Shown here: positions 61,601 to 64,000 of the stretch, piece by piece
Layout: every line of letters starts with the position of its first letter
How positions within the stretch are numbered: position 1 is the stretch's first letter
From: an uncultured Gammaproteobacteria bacterium
GTDB lineage: Bacteria; Patescibacteriota; Microgenomatia; UBA10105; UBA927
Assembly: GCA_964515005.1 (NCBI GenBank)
Contig: CAZEVT010000001.1
Location: 310,720-374,719 of the forward strand
Direction of reading: 5' to 3'
Length of the DNA: 64,000 nucleotides
Notes under the pieces: generated by a model
Seen by the model: only the letters and a program-made list of their open reading frames with translations
Database searches by the model: none
Told to the model about the DNA's origin: nothing
Made by a program: the position numbers and the translations under genes

Positions 61601-64000
61601 TTCATTCATCGTCCAGTACGAGGTGAGGGAAGTGGTGAGTGTTCCCGCGGTATCCTGCTGAAAGCCACTGGCGGTAATCTTGGTAATATTTCCGGCGGTT
61701 GCCTCGTCTTCGTCTTCAAACTCATCAACGTTGCGAGTGACTGCTGTATCGTCGGCAACGTTAAGCGTGGTACTGGTCCAATCACCGTGCGTATTAGCAT
61801 TGTTTAAGACTTTAATATTGGTATTGACAACAGCCGGTCTCCACGGCTCCCACGATCCATCCGTTGCGTTATTACTCTTGCCAGTTCTCGTTTGGAACTG
61901 CACCATTCCGTAACTATTTTGATCAAAATTAAATGTCAGTTTATTGAGTTCCGTGGAGTTGGGGGTAGCCACCTCATCGGAAACAAAGAGAGCGTAGTTA
62001 TTTACACTGGTTGACGCACTATCTGCGGTGGGGCTGGTCGTTCCTGAGATTGAGGTGACATAGGATATTGCGATCCTTCCACTTCCTCCGGCTCCACCTG
62101 CGTTGGCAGCTGTTGCGCCGCCATTCCACATACCATTACCACCTGAACCACCTGCTGCAGTAACGAGGGATGAGCCTAATGTGAGGGTATTTCCAATTAA
62201 TTTAATTGACCCTCCCGCGGCTCCGCCACCACCGCCTGAATATGAACTCGCTGCTCCCGAGCCGGCTGTGCCTGTTTCACCTGTTGATGTGATCCCCCCG
62301 GAAACAGTGACTGTGTTTGCTGCGATGTAGATAATGCCGCCTCCATCTCCGCCTGCTCCTGGTATTGAAGCACCTGCAACATATTCTGCTCCTTCACCGC
62401 CAGCTGTGCCAAACATAAGGTCGGTTAAAACTGCGTCTCCGTATGTTCCACCTCCACCTCCACCTCCACCATTAACGCCTGTACCTGCTCCGTTTGCCGA
62501 ACTATTAGTTCCACCGGCTGTTGCATCAGCTCCATCGGTAGCTATACCTCCACCTCCCGCGGTCCCATATCCTCCACCCCCACCTCCTGAATCATATCCA
62601 CCACCACCTCCACCAGCACCGCCGGATGTAGCACTCCCAGTGCCACCAGTATTACCACCTCCACCTCCACCACAATATCCTGTACCACCCGCACTGGCGC
62701 CACCGTTGTATCCACCTCCACCTCCAGCTGAACCAGCTGTTCCAGTCACATTATTACCCCCAATCCCTCCTGGGCCACAAAATGCCTCTCCGCCATCTCC
62801 ACCCGCGCCATTCGCGGGAGCATCATCGTCACTGGTGCCAATATATCCTTTAGAGTTAGCGTTGATAGTAGTTGATGCATTTATGGTGACGGTTCCAGAA
62901 GCTCGGAAAAATATGACTCCACCTTCACCAGCACCGTTATTTACTGCTCCAGTGGGGGATACCCATTCATCAGGATAGAAGTCTGTGCCGGATGTGGTTG
63001 TTGTGACATTGGTATAATTTGGCACCCTTTGGAGCATGACAATTTGGCTTCCGGAAGAAAGACCAATGCTCGTATCATCCGTCGTATTTGCTCCGTAGTA
63101 TTTACTTTTACCTGTGGTAAAGGTTATAACATTTGCGACAATACTTCGCACCCGTAACGTTTCATAGTTGCCAACATTGACAAAAGCGGAGTTTCCACCC
63201 TGAAGATTAATCAGAACCACTTCATCGTTAACTGCAAGACACCCCGTGGATGGAGCCGATTCAAGAGTTGCAGTAGTGGAAGTGAGCGCAGTAACAGAAT
63301 AGTTGACAGCATCGCCTCCATCTGCACAGGACCTACCGGAGATTAGACTCGTGGCATTGATACTGGTGTCCGAGGAAACTGTGATGGCACCGTCGGCACC
63401 AGTGCCGGGATCGTAGGTCGTTTGTTGGGTGATACTGGTTGGGGCAACTTCGGTATGAATGCTTTTGTTGTTGTCCAGTTCGGATTCCGTCATCTGGAGT
63501 CTTCCCGACGTGTAGTAATTCACGTCATTGAGGCTTCTGACTCTATTGGCATCAATCGTGTAGGTCCCAACAGGGTTGGTGTAGGCTAATTGAATAGCAC
63601 TTATACTTGGTTGGTTTGCAGTATTGGTCGTTGTGAGTATTGCCCGGTATTGTACATAGGTATTTGCCGTGGAAGTAATGGCGGATCCTGCAGGAGTGGT
63701 TAAGAGAGACTTTTCTGCCTTTATGCTATCCACATACACCGTAGAATTGGTTTGAGTGATGTACACGCGAAGTGCGGTGACACCATTGCGATCAGCAGCA
63801 GCAATATCGGAAATATCCCAATATACTTTTTGCCATGTATTGATAGCGTCTACTGTCACAGTTTCTTGAGATTCAACGCCTGTGTCAGTGATAGAAAGTT
63901 TTACCAGATTTCCTGATCCGGTGGCATATACCCAAGCCGAGATATAATCAAAACCGGAAAGATCAGTAGTGCTGATTGTGTCTTCATTGAATCCAGCCGC
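58664..64000 (-). CDS. giant cell-surface protein (more than 1,770 aa; N-terminus beyond window end) with Gly-rich region, LamG/ConA-like domain and internally duplicated module
   Basis: The track ORF 58664..63859 begins at an internal GTG. The reading frame stays open on the minus strand to position 64000. It contains a Gly-rich low-complexity region of about 260 aa, a LamG-like segment (IDFTVGAWINMESESAGTTQETIISKYESATVREYSLYYTG...LQFELF) and a beta-rich C-terminal region. Confidence 0.7.
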   Translation of the reverse strand, partial: AAGFNEDTISTTDLSGFDYISAWVYATGSGNLVKLSITDTGVESQETVTVDAINTWQKVYWDISDIAAADRNGVTALRVYITQTNSTVYVDSIKAEKSLLTTPAGSAITSTANTYVQYRAILTTTNTANQPSISAIQLAYTNPVGTYTIDANRVRSLNDVNYYTSGRLQMTESELDNNKSIHTEVAPTSITQQTTYDPGTGADGAITVSSDTSINATSLISGRSCADGGDAVNYSVTALTSTTATLESAPSTGCLAVNDEVVLINLQGGNSAFVNVGNYETLRVRSIVANVITFTTGKSKYYGANTTDDTSIGLSSGSQIVMLQRVPNYTNVTTTTSGTDFYPDEWVSPTGAVNNGAGEGGVIFFRASGTVTINASTTINANSKGYIGTSDDDAPANGAGGDGGEAFCGPGGIGGNNVTGTAGSAGGGGGYNGGASAGGTGYCGGGGGGNTGGTGSATSGGAGGGGGGYDSGGGGGGYGTAGGGGIATDGADATAGGTNSSANGAGTGVNGGGGGGGGTYGDAVLTDLMFGTAGGEGAEYVAGASIPGAGGDGGGIIYIAANTVTVSGGITSTGETGTAGSGAASSYSGGGGGAAGGSIKLIGNTLTLGSSLVTAAGGSGGNGMWNGGATAANAGGAGGSGRIAISYVTSISGTTSPTADSASTSVNNYALFVSDEVATPNSTELNKLTFNFDQNSYGMVQFQTRTGKSNNATDGSWEPWRPAVVNTNIKVLNNANTHGDWTSTTLNVADDTAVTRNVDEFEDEDEATAGNITKITASGFQQDTAGTLTTSLTSYWTMNESSAVAGTPVTRSDSFGTNNLTDNRSATSYILSGTGKISNAADLELTNGNFFEVADNSSASTGDIDFTVGAWINMESESAGTTQETIISKYESATVREYSLYYTGATADRLQFELFDSGGTSRCTVTANTFGATTTATWYYVLAWHDATANTCNISVNNGTADSAAETGVPADTAANFRIGATTTAETSFFDGLIDEVGFWKKVLSTTEKTDLYNSGSADTYSASGQYAGATISSTDLSNYDLISMWVYSSTTGNVFKLGIGESAATEQEETFNIDSVNTWQKVYWDITDIDESQRNAITKLRVTSLNATGQTLYIDNIQGERLMNAASGHTISSTPNEYIQYRAIITTTNNAFRPKLYNVRIEWNNGFKIVQTDANTVRLYNFSGDTQQLRLDAVVFGADLAEWYTVEDDAIEEGDLVAVTGELDEYDVPILRKTTKANDQKLIGGISTRAGNMLGLEAPNRRLLALAGRIPVKIASNSAAIAAGDAITSARIPGRGRKANPGDLIMGRALENWTPDLGKDRVLVLVQSVSAAPDADISDGGAFTIVTDVWEVINHQTGELLTRLGTFAQIVSGQVSTGFLQAYDIAAQTIVVGQSLVSPVASINKLSVDIISPIASTSAGIAVELNPEQSLTITDQEGRPTTSFDSLGNATFSGVLVSENLEVQSDATVAGTLYADRIVTRYGELQTSTQSATFVTNITQLTYATPAAAPISDQPDLVRSIGEATASALFAFGATVTENHVEITRDITLTNSLAVFGETLLGRTTVAGGLDVDGTVHIGAGGIESFGDTLYLQKSKLAALDIMNGTIVVNTLGNVVINGNLEITGVLGANTISPIDTSDLVIDISRPITATDSANSGSQGSEFAKLLVRGSNGNIVGTIDASGNASFSGQLSTTRLLVTEQTQNSPTIGQATLAAGQYQVTLANTQVTDHSLIYITPVGSTDNQVLYVVDKIPHVAFTVGLDSPLSVPVEFNWWIIN
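62059..62842 (-). repeat. Gly-rich low-complexity coding repeats (GGxGG/GGGGGY) inside the giant surface-protein gene
   Basis: Sense translation is GGGGGYNGGASAGGTGYCGGGGGGNTGGTG.... The opposite strand yields a spurious Pro-rich ORF. Confidence 0.6.

Noticed and set aside
62334-62978. 214-aa Pro-rich ORF (PPPPP...) on the plus strand
   Set aside because: It is the antisense shadow of the Gly-rich (GGN codon) region of the giant minus-strand gene. Its poly-Pro translation is a trivial consequence of GGN being the complement of NCC, so it is not an independent gene.
1-64000. CRISPR arrays, rRNA genes, integrases/transposases, and a reverse transcriptase for a diversity-generating retroelement
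   Set aside because: I saw no regularly spaced direct repeats, no rRNA-like conserved blocks, and no integrase, transposase or RT signatures in any frame. The LamG-like domain in the giant protein therefore has no adjacent DGR machinery.

Overview
This 64 kb window appears to come from a small-genome bacterium, likely of the CPR/Patescibacteria type. Genes are densely packed with overlapping stop/start codons, GC is about 50%, and Shine-Dalgarno sequences are weak. The first ~12 kb carries housekeeping genes: ribosomal protein S1, RadA, a PIN/TRAM YacL-like protein and Rho with an RGG-rich N-terminal insertion, interspersed with envelope genes (a GT2, GT-C/PMT-like and DUF2298 'YYY' membrane proteins, and an FAD oxidoreductase). 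Two tRNA-Ala genes (anticodons GGC and CGC) lie on the minus strand and bracket a 238-aa ORF with an HTH-like N-terminus and a degenerate LAGLIDADG-like motif. The ORF's 3' end overlaps one of the tRNAs.

From ~16 kb to 58.6 kb the window is one large cell-envelope glycan/protein-glycosylation locus. It holds at least seven polytopic GT-C/YfhO/YYY-type membrane glycosyltransferases, one of which carries a C-terminal NPCBM carbohydrate-binding domain. It also holds several GT2 and GT4 enzymes, a split Alg13/Alg14-like GT, and three O-antigen-ligase (Wzy_C)-family membrane proteins, one fused to TPR repeats and placed divergently beside two type IV pilin genes. Further genes in the locus:
- a Wzm/Wzt ABC exporter;
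- an FdtA-like cupin, a GNAT, a SAM methyltransferase, a Gfo/Idh/MocA dehydrogenase and a CapK/PaaK-like adenylating enzyme;
- a NitT/TauT ABC importer;
- a radical SAM/SPASM enzyme;
- an LRR protein;
- two sulfatase-fold enzymes that lack the formylglycine motif, plus an NPP-type phosphodiesterase;
- a third pilin.

The window ends inside a giant surface-protein gene of more than 1,770 aa (edge-truncated) that has a Gly-rich low-complexity region, a LamG-like domain and two homologous ~100-aa blocks ~1,000 aa apart. I found no CRISPR array, rRNA, integrase or transposase. The most interesting hypothesis is a pilin/surface-protein O-glycosylation system built from the Wzy_C/TPR protein and the adjacent pilins. 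The most unusual small-scale structure is the tRNA-Ala / HTH-LAGLIDADG-like ORF / tRNA-Ala cassette.
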